DNA of 64,000 nucleotides from Candidatus Asgardarchaeum abyssi (lineage in GTDB: Archaea; Asgardarchaeota; Asgardarchaeia; Asgardarchaeales; Asgardarchaeaceae), in NCBI GenBank assembly GCA_040225955.1, contig JBECUL010000004.1, positions 1 to 64,000 of the forward strand. The letters run 5' to 3'. Within the stretch, counting starts at the first letter, position 1. The number at the start of each line of letters is the position of its first letter. Shown one piece after another: positions 20,955 to 30,336 of this stretch. The notes beneath the pieces were generated by a model. It had not been told where the DNA came from. It saw only the letters and a list, made by a program, of their open reading frames with translations, and did no database searches. Made by a program: the position numbers and the translations under genes.

Positions 20955-22178
20955 CTAATATTTTGTTAGAATACTTTTGTACACTTCAATTAACTTTTCG
21001 GTTGAAAATTTCCAATTATACTTATTCTTTATCAGCTCTATGCATCTTTTTCCATACTTATAGGATTTATCTGGATCGTCGAGAAAATAGGATATAGCAT
21101 CAGCAAAATCCTTTGGATCATCCTCAGTAAGCAGTCCTATGTTTTCTTTTCTTATGATCTCAGACCAAGAGCCTATATCATTAGCAACAACAGGGATACC
21201 AACAGACATGTAATCAAATAATTTAACAGGAGTTCCCATTTTTCTAGGTAAATCCTTCGTTGACGGAACCACACCGACATAAAATGAAGCTAAAAACTCA
21301 AAGAACTCATTTTCATTTGGTATCCAAAAGAAATGTGGCGAGACATTGATTTCTTTCGCTAATTTTTGAATCTTACCAAGATGTTCTCCTTTCTTTGTAA
21401 TGTAAAATTCTGCTTGAGGGACTCTTTTAAGAACATAGGGCATACTTTTTACAAACAAATCTACGTGCTCCCGATAAGCAACAAGCCCAGCATAAACAGC
21501 ACTTGGATTCTCACTTCTTTCTTTTGGTTCCTCACGCCTTAAAGTACCACCAGGCTCAACTATATGAATTTTTGATTTGTCAACATCAAATGATTTTGTT
21601 AGGTAATCATACATAAAGTTACTAACACTTATAATACAGTCTGCGCCGCTCATTATTTCGCTTTCTATAGACATCAATACATTGTATCTTTTATCATGCC
21701 TCTTAATGATACCCATTACAATAAGCTCTTCTGGCCAAATATTGTGAATGTCAGCAATTACGGGGATTTTTAGTTTTTCTTTTATTGACACTAATGCAGC
21801 AGCCGCTATTTCCTGCTCACCTTGAATTATATCCAACTCCATTTTACAGCTTGTAATGAAATCATAAATACTGGACCCCAATGAGTTGATTATTTTTCTT
21901 ATCGTTCTCTCTCTTAGCATAATCAAACGTGATAAGTAGGGGATGTTCAAAATTTTTCTAGCAATACTATACATTTTCTCTGAAAAAGCAGATCCTCCAG
22001 TAAATGTCTTTATTTGATGAAAAAATACATTCTCTCCCCAATTCTCACTAAAAGAAAAGGGACTTATCACATGAACCTCATGGTTCATTTTTGAAAGATT
22101 TCTTGAAAACTCTCTAACTCGAACTATAGAGCCCATACTTTCTTTAGGTGGGTGTGTAACCACAATACCTATTTTCAT
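20955..22178 (-). CDS. Glycosyltransferase family 4
   Basis: DIHNIWPE, YAGL, PVKLFDYMSVGIPVV. Start moved to ATG 22178 (GAGGT upstream; avoids overlap with the upstream gene). Confidence 0.9.
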   Translation of the reverse strand: MKIGIVVTHPPKESMGSIVRVREFSRNLSKMNHEVHVISPFSFSENWGENVFFHQIKTFTGGSAFSEKMYSIARKILNIPYLSRLIMLRERTIRKIINSLGSSIYDFITSCKMELDIIQGEQEIAAAALVSIKEKLKIPVIADIHNIWPEELIVMGIIKRHDKRYNVLMSIESEIMSGADCIISVSNFMYDYLTKSFDVDKSKIHIVEPGGTLRREEPKERSENPSAVYAGLVAYREHVDLFVKSMPYVLKRVPQAEFYITKKGEHLGKIQKLAKEINVSPHFFWIPNENEFFEFLASFYVGVVPSTKDLPRKMGTPVKLFDYMSVGIPVVANDIGSWSEIIRKENIGLLTEDDPKDFADAISYFLDDPDKSYKYGKRCIELIKNKYNWKFSTEKLIEVYKSILTKY

Positions 22179-22185
22179 GATAGTA

Positions 22186-23538
22186 CTACCTCTCATAGAG
22201 AAGAGATTTTGTAAATATGTGTTTGCCACTAGGGGGTACGGGTATATCATCGACAATATCCCAAATTATCCTACATTCAGGGCCCATAACTTTCTTAATC
22301 CCTTTTTCAATCTCATTTTTCTCTTTTTCAATGGGCACACCTTTTGGAACAATAAGTATTCTTATTTTATCAAAATCTTCTTGCACAACCTGAAACTTCT
22401 TAACCCAATCTTTGAAATAAAATAAATGGGTAAAATATTCACCATGAATGATGGTACCGTCCTTTCGAATAAAATTATCCGTAATCCGTCCAGTTATCTT
22501 TTTTAGAACTGGTAGATAATGACCACATATACCCTTCTCCGAGGAGAGAATACCCGTATCACCTATTTCATATCGTATTAATGGCATGGAGTAATTATGA
22601 AGTGTTGTTATCAAAATTTTTCCCACAGAGTTTATTTGTTTAATGGATGGGTCATTAAAATTAACAACTTCCACATACTGATTAAATGAAAAAATATGCA
22701 TTTCTTGATGTAAACACTCTCCTGCTATTGCCGATGATTCTCGTGAGCCATAAAAGTTAAAAACTTTAGTCCCAAATACACTTTCAATTTTCTCTCTCAT
22801 GAAATCTGTTAACATTTCAGCTGTGCTTACAATTATCTTTGGACTATGTATACTTAGTCTCTTTTTTTCAACAAATCTAGCTAACTCATACAAAGCGGTA
22901 GCGTAAGCACGTATAATATCTGGCTTAAATTTATTTATTGTTGTAACAAATTGATGTAAATCTTTTTCTGTCATTTTAAATGCATTAAGCATTATAGAGT
23001 TTGTTAGCCAATTGATTATTTTTCCTTGAAAACTGCCAGTTAATTCTAGAATTTCCTTCTCCGATCCCCATATCAATGCCTTCTTGGAAGATATTTCATC
23101 GACACCAAGAATATCATAGTAGTAATAGTAGTTTGTTGCTTTTGCCCATCTTTTGTACTCTTTATCTTGAACAAATCTCACTGGTTCCCCAGTTGATCCT
23201 CCAGAGGAATTATAGTACCAATCTCTCGAAGTATAGTCCTTAGAAAGCAAAAGATTAAAATTATTTCGAATATCGTCCTTTGTTAATGGAGGGATTTTTG
23301 TAAAATTTTCTAAGTTTACCGTTTTCCCATCAGTTACATCATACTCACGAAGAATTTTAGAGTAATATGGGACATTATGATATGCATGTAAAAGTAAACG
23401 AGTTAAATAATTATTTTGAAAGTTAATCAAGTCATCATAACTTTCTATCTTTTTAATTTCCAAGTATTCTCGCCAGAAGTATTCATTAAGCACTTTTATG
23501 ACGGCCATATGCAAGGCTCTTTTAAATCTAGAAGGCAT
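22186..23538 (-). CDS. Phenylacetate-CoA ligase/CapK-like adenylate-forming enzyme
   Basis: SSGGSTGEP, YGSRE, PLIRYEIGD, GR, SGK motifs of the ANL superfamily. Confidence 0.88.
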   Translation of the reverse strand: MPSRFKRALHMAVIKVLNEYFWREYLEIKKIESYDDLINFQNNYLTRLLLHAYHNVPYYSKILREYDVTDGKTVNLENFTKIPPLTKDDIRNNFNLLLSKDYTSRDWYYNSSGGSTGEPVRFVQDKEYKRWAKATNYYYYYDILGVDEISSKKALIWGSEKEILELTGSFQGKIINWLTNSIMLNAFKMTEKDLHQFVTTINKFKPDIIRAYATALYELARFVEKKRLSIHSPKIIVSTAEMLTDFMREKIESVFGTKVFNFYGSRESSAIAGECLHQEMHIFSFNQYVEVVNFNDPSIKQINSVGKILITTLHNYSMPLIRYEIGDTGILSSEKGICGHYLPVLKKITGRITDNFIRKDGTIIHGEYFTHLFYFKDWVKKFQVVQEDFDKIRILIVPKGVPIEKEKNEIEKGIKKVMGPECRIIWDIVDDIPVPPSGKHIFTKSLLYER

Positions 23539-23627
23539 ATAAATACCCCTGTTTTGTACGTCAACTCTTATTCCTTTGACTTATATAATGCTATAATTTA
23601 AATTTATCCTATAGCTTTTAAAACAAG

Positions 23628-24824
23628 TTACTTTAATTGTGGCACATTAATTCTTAGTTTGTTTTCAGCAGCATATTTTCTCAGATATTTAAGAATAGTT
23701 TTAGACATCACATCTTTAGACAACTCTGAGTTGTATTCATTTACAACTTTCAGAAATGCCTTCTCTGCAAGATCCTTTCTCAGCTCAGCATCTTTGATTA
23801 ATTTTTCAATAGCATTGGCTATACTTATTTCATCCCCATCAGCTAATAAGACATATTCATACCATTCTTTCTTTTCCTTAAACGCAGGCCCAGCAATAAC
23901 AGGAACCTTGCATGCCATTGCTTCTAACATGCTTGATGGAAAACCTTCAGAAAGACTTGGAATCACAAAAATATCAGTATCTCTTAAAATCTCTGCGACT
24001 TTTATCGGTGGTTTATATCCAAGAAAAACAACATCATTAAGTTTAAGACTTCTAGCTAAGTTTTTCAGTTTATCTTCTTCTGGACCAAAGCCTACTATAA
24101 ATAATTTGATATTCTCATACTTACTTTTTAGCAAAGCAAAAGCCTTTATGAGAGATAATATATTTTTCTCGGGTGATAATCGAGAAACAGTCGTAATTAT
24201 AATTGATTCTTTCTCCATTTTTTTAGTATCTCTGGGATGGAAGATTTTTGTATCAACACCTTGAACTACGTATATGATTTTTCGTTTATCTATCGATGGA
24301 AAGTAATTAGAGAGATCAGTATTCGTAACTATCAAGTTAGCAGTCTTAAAAGCTATATGTTCTAAAAGGTACAATATTTTTTCTAAAATGATACCCCAAG
24401 AATAGCGATACCTTACAGTTCTTCTTGAGAGACCAGCAACCCTAATAATACTAATTTTATTTCTAATCCTTGACAAAAGAGAGACTACTAACCCAGTATA
24501 TGTATGTCCTCCTAAGCTCATAAGTATGAGATAATGCTTTTTGGAAACAAGTCTGTTTGCTTTCAAAAACGCAAGAAGAAGATAGCTTAAATACGTTGGT
24601 ATTAATCTTAATCCAACATTACCCAAATTTGCAAATTTTATTAAAAAAACACCTTTTTTTCGTTCTTCTAACAAATATCTACCTGCAGGAGTGTCCGAAG
24701 CAATCATATCTACGTCAAAAATGGACTCGTCAATTAATTTTTTGAGTAAAGGATAGTATTTACTCTCATAATCTCTTTTCCTGAATCCGGGCTCCATTAT
24801 CACTAGTATTGGAATTTTATTCAT
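23628..24824 (-). CDS. Glycosyltransferase family 4
   Basis: VSRLSPEKN, FVIPSLSEGFPSSMLEAMAC. Confidence 0.92.
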   Translation of the reverse strand: MNKIPILVIMEPGFRKRDYESKYYPLLKKLIDESIFDVDMIASDTPAGRYLLEERKKGVFLIKFANLGNVGLRLIPTYLSYLLLAFLKANRLVSKKHYLILMSLGGHTYTGLVVSLLSRIRNKISIIRVAGLSRRTVRYRYSWGIILEKILYLLEHIAFKTANLIVTNTDLSNYFPSIDKRKIIYVVQGVDTKIFHPRDTKKMEKESIIITTVSRLSPEKNILSLIKAFALLKSKYENIKLFIVGFGPEEDKLKNLARSLKLNDVVFLGYKPPIKVAEILRDTDIFVIPSLSEGFPSSMLEAMACKVPVIAGPAFKEKKEWYEYVLLADGDEISIANAIEKLIKDAELRKDLAEKAFLKVVNEYNSELSKDVMSKTILKYLRKYAAENKLRINVPQLK

Positions 24825-24933
24825 AATTGTTGCACCATTAATATAATTTACGAATGAAAAATGAAAAATTACAAAACATTAAATTTTTAATCGAAATTGT
24901 GTAATAAATATTAAAAAATTATGTGGACAAACG

Positions 24934-26190
24934 ATGAAAGTTTTACATGTAACCCCATTTTTCGCGGAAGGATATGGTGGAACAGAGAGATACTCCTATT
25001 TTTTAACGAGAAAACTGGCATCTCTTGGAGTTAAAGTTACTGTTTTCACTTCAAGGTTAAGTAATAATTCTCCTGCTGACTATTACATGTTACCTAACCT
25101 TCGTGTTAGACGATTCTTAACGATGGGAAATATATGGGGGATTAATCCTTTAGCGCTTATGTTTCCTAGCTTACTTGCTGATTTAGACGATTTTGATGTT
25201 GTTCATGTTCATTCGTACTTGTATTTTACGTCAAATCAAACAATATTAGCTAAAATATATCGAAGCTATATAAATATGGAAAATCCACCTATAATCTTAC
25301 AGATTCATGGAGGAATCGGTGTTCCCAAATACATGAAAATTAAGCCATATAAAATGTTCGGTAAGCGATTTTATGATCTAATTTTTGGAAAACTAACTTT
25401 AATAGCATCTGATTTCATTGTGACAATGTCCGAGCTTGAATGGAACTTACTAAGGAAGTATTTTAGGCTAAAGTACGATAACCATATAATATTGCCAAAC
25501 GCTGTTGATGATTCAATACTTAAGAGAGCAAAATTCGTAGAAGTTGATGAAACAGGACCTCCATTTACAGTAATTTATGTTGGTGATCTGGAACCTTGGA
25601 AAGGTGTTGAAAATCTACTTATTGCAACAAAAATCTTAACCAAATTAATAAGGAACTTGCGAGTTTTAATAGTAGGTGAAGGGACACAGAGAAAAAACCT
25701 AGAGGATTTTGCTACACGAAATAAGCTACCTGTGTGGTTTGCAGGTTATCTACCACATAATAATGCACTTACTGAAATCACGTATTCTAACGTATTTGTA
25801 TTACCTTCTCTTTGGGAAGGAATGCCAACAGTACTTTTAGAGGCAATGGCTCTTAAAACACCAGTAGTAACTACAAATGTAGGAGCTGTTTCAGAATTAA
25901 TTAAAAATGAGATTAATGGTTTGATAGTTCCTCCAAATGATCCTAAAGCGCTAGCTAACGCTATATATAGACTTTGGAAGGACCAGGATTTTGCTGAAAG
26001 ATGTGCCAATCGCGCATATAATGATGTTAGGCGCTATTATACGTTCTCAAGAGTAGCAAGAAAGATAATTCGATTCTATAAACTAGCAATAGATTTGGCT
26101 CTTGAAAAACGTAAATATCGTCTCTTTAAGTATGTACCAAAGGATATGATTGAACATGTGATGGGTAGACCTTATCAAAGAATAATCTAA
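24934..26190 (+). CDS. Glycosyltransferase family 4
   Basis: GGTE, DVVHVH, YVGDLEPWKG, LPSLWEGMPTVLLEAMA. Confidence 0.92.
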   Translation: MKVLHVTPFFAEGYGGTERYSYFLTRKLASLGVKVTVFTSRLSNNSPADYYMLPNLRVRRFLTMGNIWGINPLALMFPSLLADLDDFDVVHVHSYLYFTSNQTILAKIYRSYINMENPPIILQIHGGIGVPKYMKIKPYKMFGKRFYDLIFGKLTLIASDFIVTMSELEWNLLRKYFRLKYDNHIILPNAVDDSILKRAKFVEVDETGPPFTVIYVGDLEPWKGVENLLIATKILTKLIRNLRVLIVGEGTQRKNLEDFATRNKLPVWFAGYLPHNNALTEITYSNVFVLPSLWEGMPTVLLEAMALKTPVVTTNVGAVSELIKNEINGLIVPPNDPKALANAIYRLWKDQDFAERCANRAYNDVRRYYTFSRVARKIIRFYKLAIDLALEKRKYRLFKYVPKDMIEHVMGRPYQRII

Positions 26191-26253
26191 GTAATAAAAT
26201 TATAAATATATACTCGTTTTTAAAATTACAATACTATATTATTTTTATTCAAC

Positions 26254-27009
26254 ATGGTGATACCTATGGAAATCAGCTTAACGATATCTTTATGGGATTT
26301 ATTTATAATGGCAATTGCTTATATCTATGTCGTCTTAGTCATTTCTATAGGAGAGCTGCTTAGAAAAAAACTAAACTATGACATAACATTTACTAGAAAA
26401 CTCATTCACCTATTTGCTGGATTTGCTGCTTATACGGTTCCGTATTACGAACATCCATGGGTCGCAATCATTGTCGCATTCACTTTCGTAGTTCTATTAT
26501 GGTTCTCATCGCCAAAATCACCCATAAAGAAACTTAGAGATTGGTATGAGGTCATGGCAGATAGAGAGTCTGAACTTGAAGCAGGGCACATATTAGGACC
26601 AGTATATTATTCTATAAGTATAACGGTACTAGTAGCAATTTTCACTATAATTCCAGGCCTTTTCACTAAGATATATGTCCCCATGATTGCTTTAACAACG
26701 ATGTACTGGGGCGATGGATTAGGTGCTCCGATAGGCAAAAAATATGGAAAACATAAATATCAGACGATAGGCGGTACAAGATCTATAGAAGGATCTATTG
26801 CAGTTTTCATAGGCTCCTTTGTTGGAGCTGTTTTTGCATCATGGTTTTTTGGAATTCTTAATTTCGGTGTATTTTCATCATTTAACGAAATTCTCCTAAT
26901 ATCATTGGTTGCTGCTGTGACTACAACTCTTATTGAGGCTATCTCCCCAGCAGGATATGATAATTTCTCAATACCCTTTATAGGGACTTTAGTTCTATGG
27001 TTCCTGTGA
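26254..27009 (+). CDS. CTP-dependent polyprenol (dolichol/phytol) kinase family membrane protein
   Basis: RKLIH, GDGLGAPIGKKYG, RSIEGS, DNFSIP motifs; multiple TM helices. Confidence 0.88.
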   Translation: MVIPMEISLTISLWDLFIMAIAYIYVVLVISIGELLRKKLNYDITFTRKLIHLFAGFAAYTVPYYEHPWVAIIVAFTFVVLLWFSSPKSPIKKLRDWYEVMADRESELEAGHILGPVYYSISITVLVAIFTIIPGLFTKIYVPMIALTTMYWGDGLGAPIGKKYGKHKYQTIGGTRSIEGSIAVFIGSFVGAVFASWFFGILNFGVFSSFNEILLISLVAAVTTTLIEAISPAGYDNFSIPFIGTLVLWFL

Positions 27010-27075
27010 TAAACAATACCTCTTTATTTTATTATTTCACATCATATAGTATATTTTTAACAACATCTTATGAGA

Positions 27076-27090
27076 GCAAAGTTTTTAAGC
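27076..27090 (+). promoter_or_regulatory. Putative BRE/TATA box of the tRNA-Gln gene
   Basis: GCAAAGTTTTTAAGC about 40 nt upstream of the mature tRNA 5' end. Confidence 0.4.
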
Positions 27091-27130
27091 ATCAATTTTG
27101 CATTTTTACTTAGAACAGAAGTGTTAAAGT

Positions 27131-27204
27131 AGCCCGGTAGTGTAGCAGGCCAAGCATGCACGGCTCTGGACCGTGCGACGTGGGTTCGAATCCCACCCGG
27201 GCTA
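27131..27204 (+). tRNA. tRNA-Gln(CTG)
   Basis: Acceptor stem AGCCCGG/CCGGGCT with A1-U72, anticodon arm CACGG-CTCTGGA-CCGTG, T-arm GTGGG-TTCGAAT-CCCAC. No intron; CCA not encoded (followed by TCA). Confidence 0.97.
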
Positions 27205-27222
27205 TCATTTAATTACTTTTTA

Positions 27223-28419
27223 TTAATACTTTGAGACTCTAACTTTAACGAATCTTCTAAAAATAGTTTTTATAAAAGTGCTTACTTGTTTTCGTTTGAC
27301 TTGATTTAGCTTTTCTTTTAGTGTGATACGTATTGTCTTTTTGTTATAGGACACAGAGAAGTTTTTAACGTTAAAGGCAGCTTTCAAGCAATACTCCACA
27401 TCTGTGATATCTACAGTTGGTAGTTTTGAAATACAGTCATTAGGACATCTAACACATCTATTTGTAAAGAAACATAAATTATAGCATGGCACATTTGCAA
27501 CATAAGCATTAGCGCAACACGCAGAGTTGTATGCCAAAAGACCCAACTTTAATGCAGTTTGTACTATTTGTTTTTTGAGGTCTGCTTCTTCAATTACTAT
27601 TTGGTGATCTCCTAAAGTTCCCTTTATCCTATTTTTTATTTTGTGTATTTCTACTCCAGCTTTTTCCAATCTACTTAAAATCCGTTTATTTACTCTTAAT
27701 GATCCAGCAACAATGCCCTCAGCACCATATTCTTTGCTAGAGGTTAGAATCAAATCTATTTCTTCATCCGTTATACCAGGTATTATTGGCCGAATAAAAA
27801 CAAAGGGTTTAAACCCGAAATCTCTGAGATTCTCTATTGTTCTGAACCTAAGCTCGGGGCTAATAGCCTTAGGCTCAATTTGCTTTGCTTTATTTATTGT
27901 AATTATAGTTATTAAAGGTGAAAGAGGGGTTTTCCCGACAACTTCCCTTAATCTACTAACAGATTCTTCATCAAGATACATTTTCGTAGAAAACTGTATA
28001 GGATTTCCCAAAAAGGTAGAAATAGTCTTTATAAATTCAAATGTTTTTTCCTTCACAGTTGGATAGAAAGGATCCACAATACTTCCAAGAGCTATAAATG
28101 TTCCATTTCTTCCAGGCACAAATGAGGGATTATACAAGAGGGCCAATGCAAGCTCCTTTCCACTCAATGGGTAAGGCTCTGTTTCCTTGAATTTAAACCC
28201 CATTTCTTCTATATAGCAATATACACAATTAAATGGACAATGAAAACCCATATGTACTGTTATTCCACAAGCTATTGGTATCCTTTTTGTGTGAGCATCT
28301 CTTTTTATTTTTCTTAGCCTACTTCTATCTTTTATTTCTCTCTCCAGCTCTTTAATAATTTCTTGTTTCGATTCTATAAGGTCTCTTTTTACCATTAAGG
28401 GGCACCAAGTAAATTGCAA
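27223..28419 (-). CDS. Radical SAM protein (SplB-like) with extra Cys-rich C-terminal region
   Basis: CPFNCVYC, DPF, STK, RPIIPG; C-terminal ACC..PC...C....C..C...C. Start probably ATG 28395. Confidence 0.85.
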   Translation of the reverse strand: MQFTWCPLMVKRDLIESKQEIIKELEREIKDRSRLRKIKRDAHTKRIPIACGITVHMGFHCPFNCVYCYIEEMGFKFKETEPYPLSGKELALALLYNPSFVPGRNGTFIALGSIVDPFYPTVKEKTFEFIKTISTFLGNPIQFSTKMYLDEESVSRLREVVGKTPLSPLITIITINKAKQIEPKAISPELRFRTIENLRDFGFKPFVFIRPIIPGITDEEIDLILTSSKEYGAEGIVAGSLRVNKRILSRLEKAGVEIHKIKNRIKGTLGDHQIVIEEADLKKQIVQTALKLGLLAYNSACCANAYVANVPCYNLCFFTNRCVRCPNDCISKLPTVDITDVEYCLKAAFNVKNFSVSYNKKTIRITLKEKLNQVKRKQVSTFIKTIFRRFVKVRVSKY

Positions 28420-28509
28420 CTTAATTACTATAAAAATAATGTTATGAGCACCCTTCTAAAAATTTAGGATTTTATGAAAAACATTTAATATGCTTATTGG
28501 TTGTAAAAT

Positions 28510-29346
28510 ATGCATCAAAATAAAGGAGTGTTCAGTATGACGGATGTTGTCTTATCAGCGATACAAATGAACCCAAAACTTTTAGATGTTGATTTTAATA
28601 TTCAAGCCACCAGCGAATTTATTGAAAAAGCTGCAGAGATGGGCTCTGAAGTTATAGTTTTGCCAGAATTAGCGAATACTGGGTATGTAATTCCGTCAAG
28701 GAAAGAACTAGAAATGGTAGCAGAGGCTGCCCCAAGAGGAAAAACCCTCACAGAATGGGAGAAACTGGCAAAAAGATATGGTGTGTTTATAGTTGGTGGT
28801 TTCGCGGAAAGAGATGGAAATAAAATATATAACGCAAGTGTATTATTGGGGCCGAATGGATTTATAGGCACTTATAGGAAGATACATCTTTTTGGAAGGG
28901 AAAAACAAATTTTCGATCCAGGAGACAAAGATCTATGGGTTAATAAAACAGAGAAGAATGTAAACATAGGGCTCCTAATCTGCTTTGACTGGATATTTCC
29001 AGAAGTTGCAAGAGTTTTATCACTTAAAGGTGCCACTATTCTTGCCCATTCTGCAAATTTAGTTTTGCCTTATGCTCAAAGAGCTATGCCAATCAGAGCT
29101 TTAGAGAATAGAGTCTTTACAATTACTGCAAACAGAATAGGCGAGGAAAATGGAGTAAAGTTTACTGGAATGAGTATAATTGCTAATCCTCAAGGAGAGA
29201 TATTAGTAAAGGCAAGCAGAGACGAAGAAGAAATCATAACGGCAAAAGTTAATATTGAGGAGGCTCTGGATAAAAAGATCACCCCAGAGAATGACCTATT
29301 TAGTGATAGACGACCAGAATTTTATAAAAAAATCGTTGAGACATAG
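28510..29346 (+). CDS. Nitrilase/carbon-nitrogen hydrolase family protein
   Basis: E-K-C triad motifs LPELANTGY, YRKIHLF, ICFDWIFPE; RALEN, ANRIG. Confidence 0.93.
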   Translation: MHQNKGVFSMTDVVLSAIQMNPKLLDVDFNIQATSEFIEKAAEMGSEVIVLPELANTGYVIPSRKELEMVAEAAPRGKTLTEWEKLAKRYGVFIVGGFAERDGNKIYNASVLLGPNGFIGTYRKIHLFGREKQIFDPGDKDLWVNKTEKNVNIGLLICFDWIFPEVARVLSLKGATILAHSANLVLPYAQRAMPIRALENRVFTITANRIGEENGVKFTGMSIIANPQGEILVKASRDEEEIITAKVNIEEALDKKITPENDLFSDRRPEFYKKIVET

Positions 29347-29347
29347 A

Positions 29348-30214
29348 TTAATCTTTCAAATCTATTAAATGCGAACCATCGCAAGTTTTTGAAGTATGAA
29401 GAAATGAAAAACCTTCCCTGCACGTAGCAAATGATAATCCATAATTCTCAGCAATCTCTTTTACTCTAGTCATAAGCTTTAATCTAATCTCTCTTTTAAT
29501 GTACGTAACTCTACCTACTCTTTCGGTATAAAGAAAACGTGCTTTTTTCATCTCAGTAGGAAAAGCAGCAAACATCCTTTTCCAGCTATCAATTCTTGGT
29601 TTAAACGTAGAAGAAACAACATGAATGGCCCCTACAGATTTAGCAGCTTTTATGACAGCCTCTATATTTTCAATACTATCATTTATATAAGGAACTATAG
29701 GGTCTAGTCTAATCCCAACTGGTATTCCAGAGGAGGAGAGTTTTTTAATAGCCTCTAATCTTTCTATTGGAGATGGTGCATTTATTTCCATCTTCTTAGC
29801 TAATTCATTATCTATCGTGGTTATTGTAAACATTACAGCAACTTTCATATTTTTAAGAATATCAATGTCACGAGTTATTATGTTAGACTTAGTAATTATC
29901 AATAGTTTAATAGGAAAGTCACTCATAATTTGTAATACCCTTCTTGTAATCTTCAACTTTTCATCAATTGTTGGATAGGGATCAGAGCTATTTGACATTG
30001 ATATCACAAAGCGATAATCCAAACGTTTTAGTTCTCTACGTAGGTTTTTCAGCAAGCCTTTCTTTTCCCTAACTTTAAAAGCATTAGGAATATATGAAGT
30101 TATATAACAATATAAGCAATGATGATCGCAACCCGTATACGGATTAAATGAATATTTTTTAGGACAAGTGCATAAGGGGCTTTTCCAAGGGTCAAACCAA
30201 GTGATTAGTGGAAT
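29348..30214 (-). CDS. Radical SAM protein (SplB-like); extends 53 codons upstream of the tracked ORF, probable ATT start
   Basis: The frame upstream of 30055 is open and reads IPLITWFDPWKSPLCTCPKKYSFNPYTGCDHHCLYCYI, containing CxxxCxxC; SSDPYP, ITKS, RLDP, CREG..CDG downstream. Confidence 0.85.
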   Translation of the reverse strand: MPLITWFDPWKSPLCTCPKKYSFNPYTGCDHHCLYCYITSYIPNAFKVREKKGLLKNLRRELKRLDYRFVISMSNSSDPYPTIDEKLKITRRVLQIMSDFPIKLLIITKSNIITRDIDILKNMKVAVMFTITTIDNELAKKMEINAPSPIERLEAIKKLSSSGIPVGIRLDPIVPYINDSIENIEAVIKAAKSVGAIHVVSSTFKPRIDSWKRMFAAFPTEMKKARFLYTERVGRVTYIKREIRLKLMTRVKEIAENYGLSFATCREGFSFLHTSKTCDGSHLIDLKD

Positions 30215-30336
30215 TGCTAACCCCTCTATATATTATCTCTTCATTTTCATTCGTTAAAAAATTAACAAAATAAATAAAATTATTTAGTGCTACGCTATGA
30301 GGAAATTAAAAAGCAAAAAGGAAGATAAAAAGAGGA

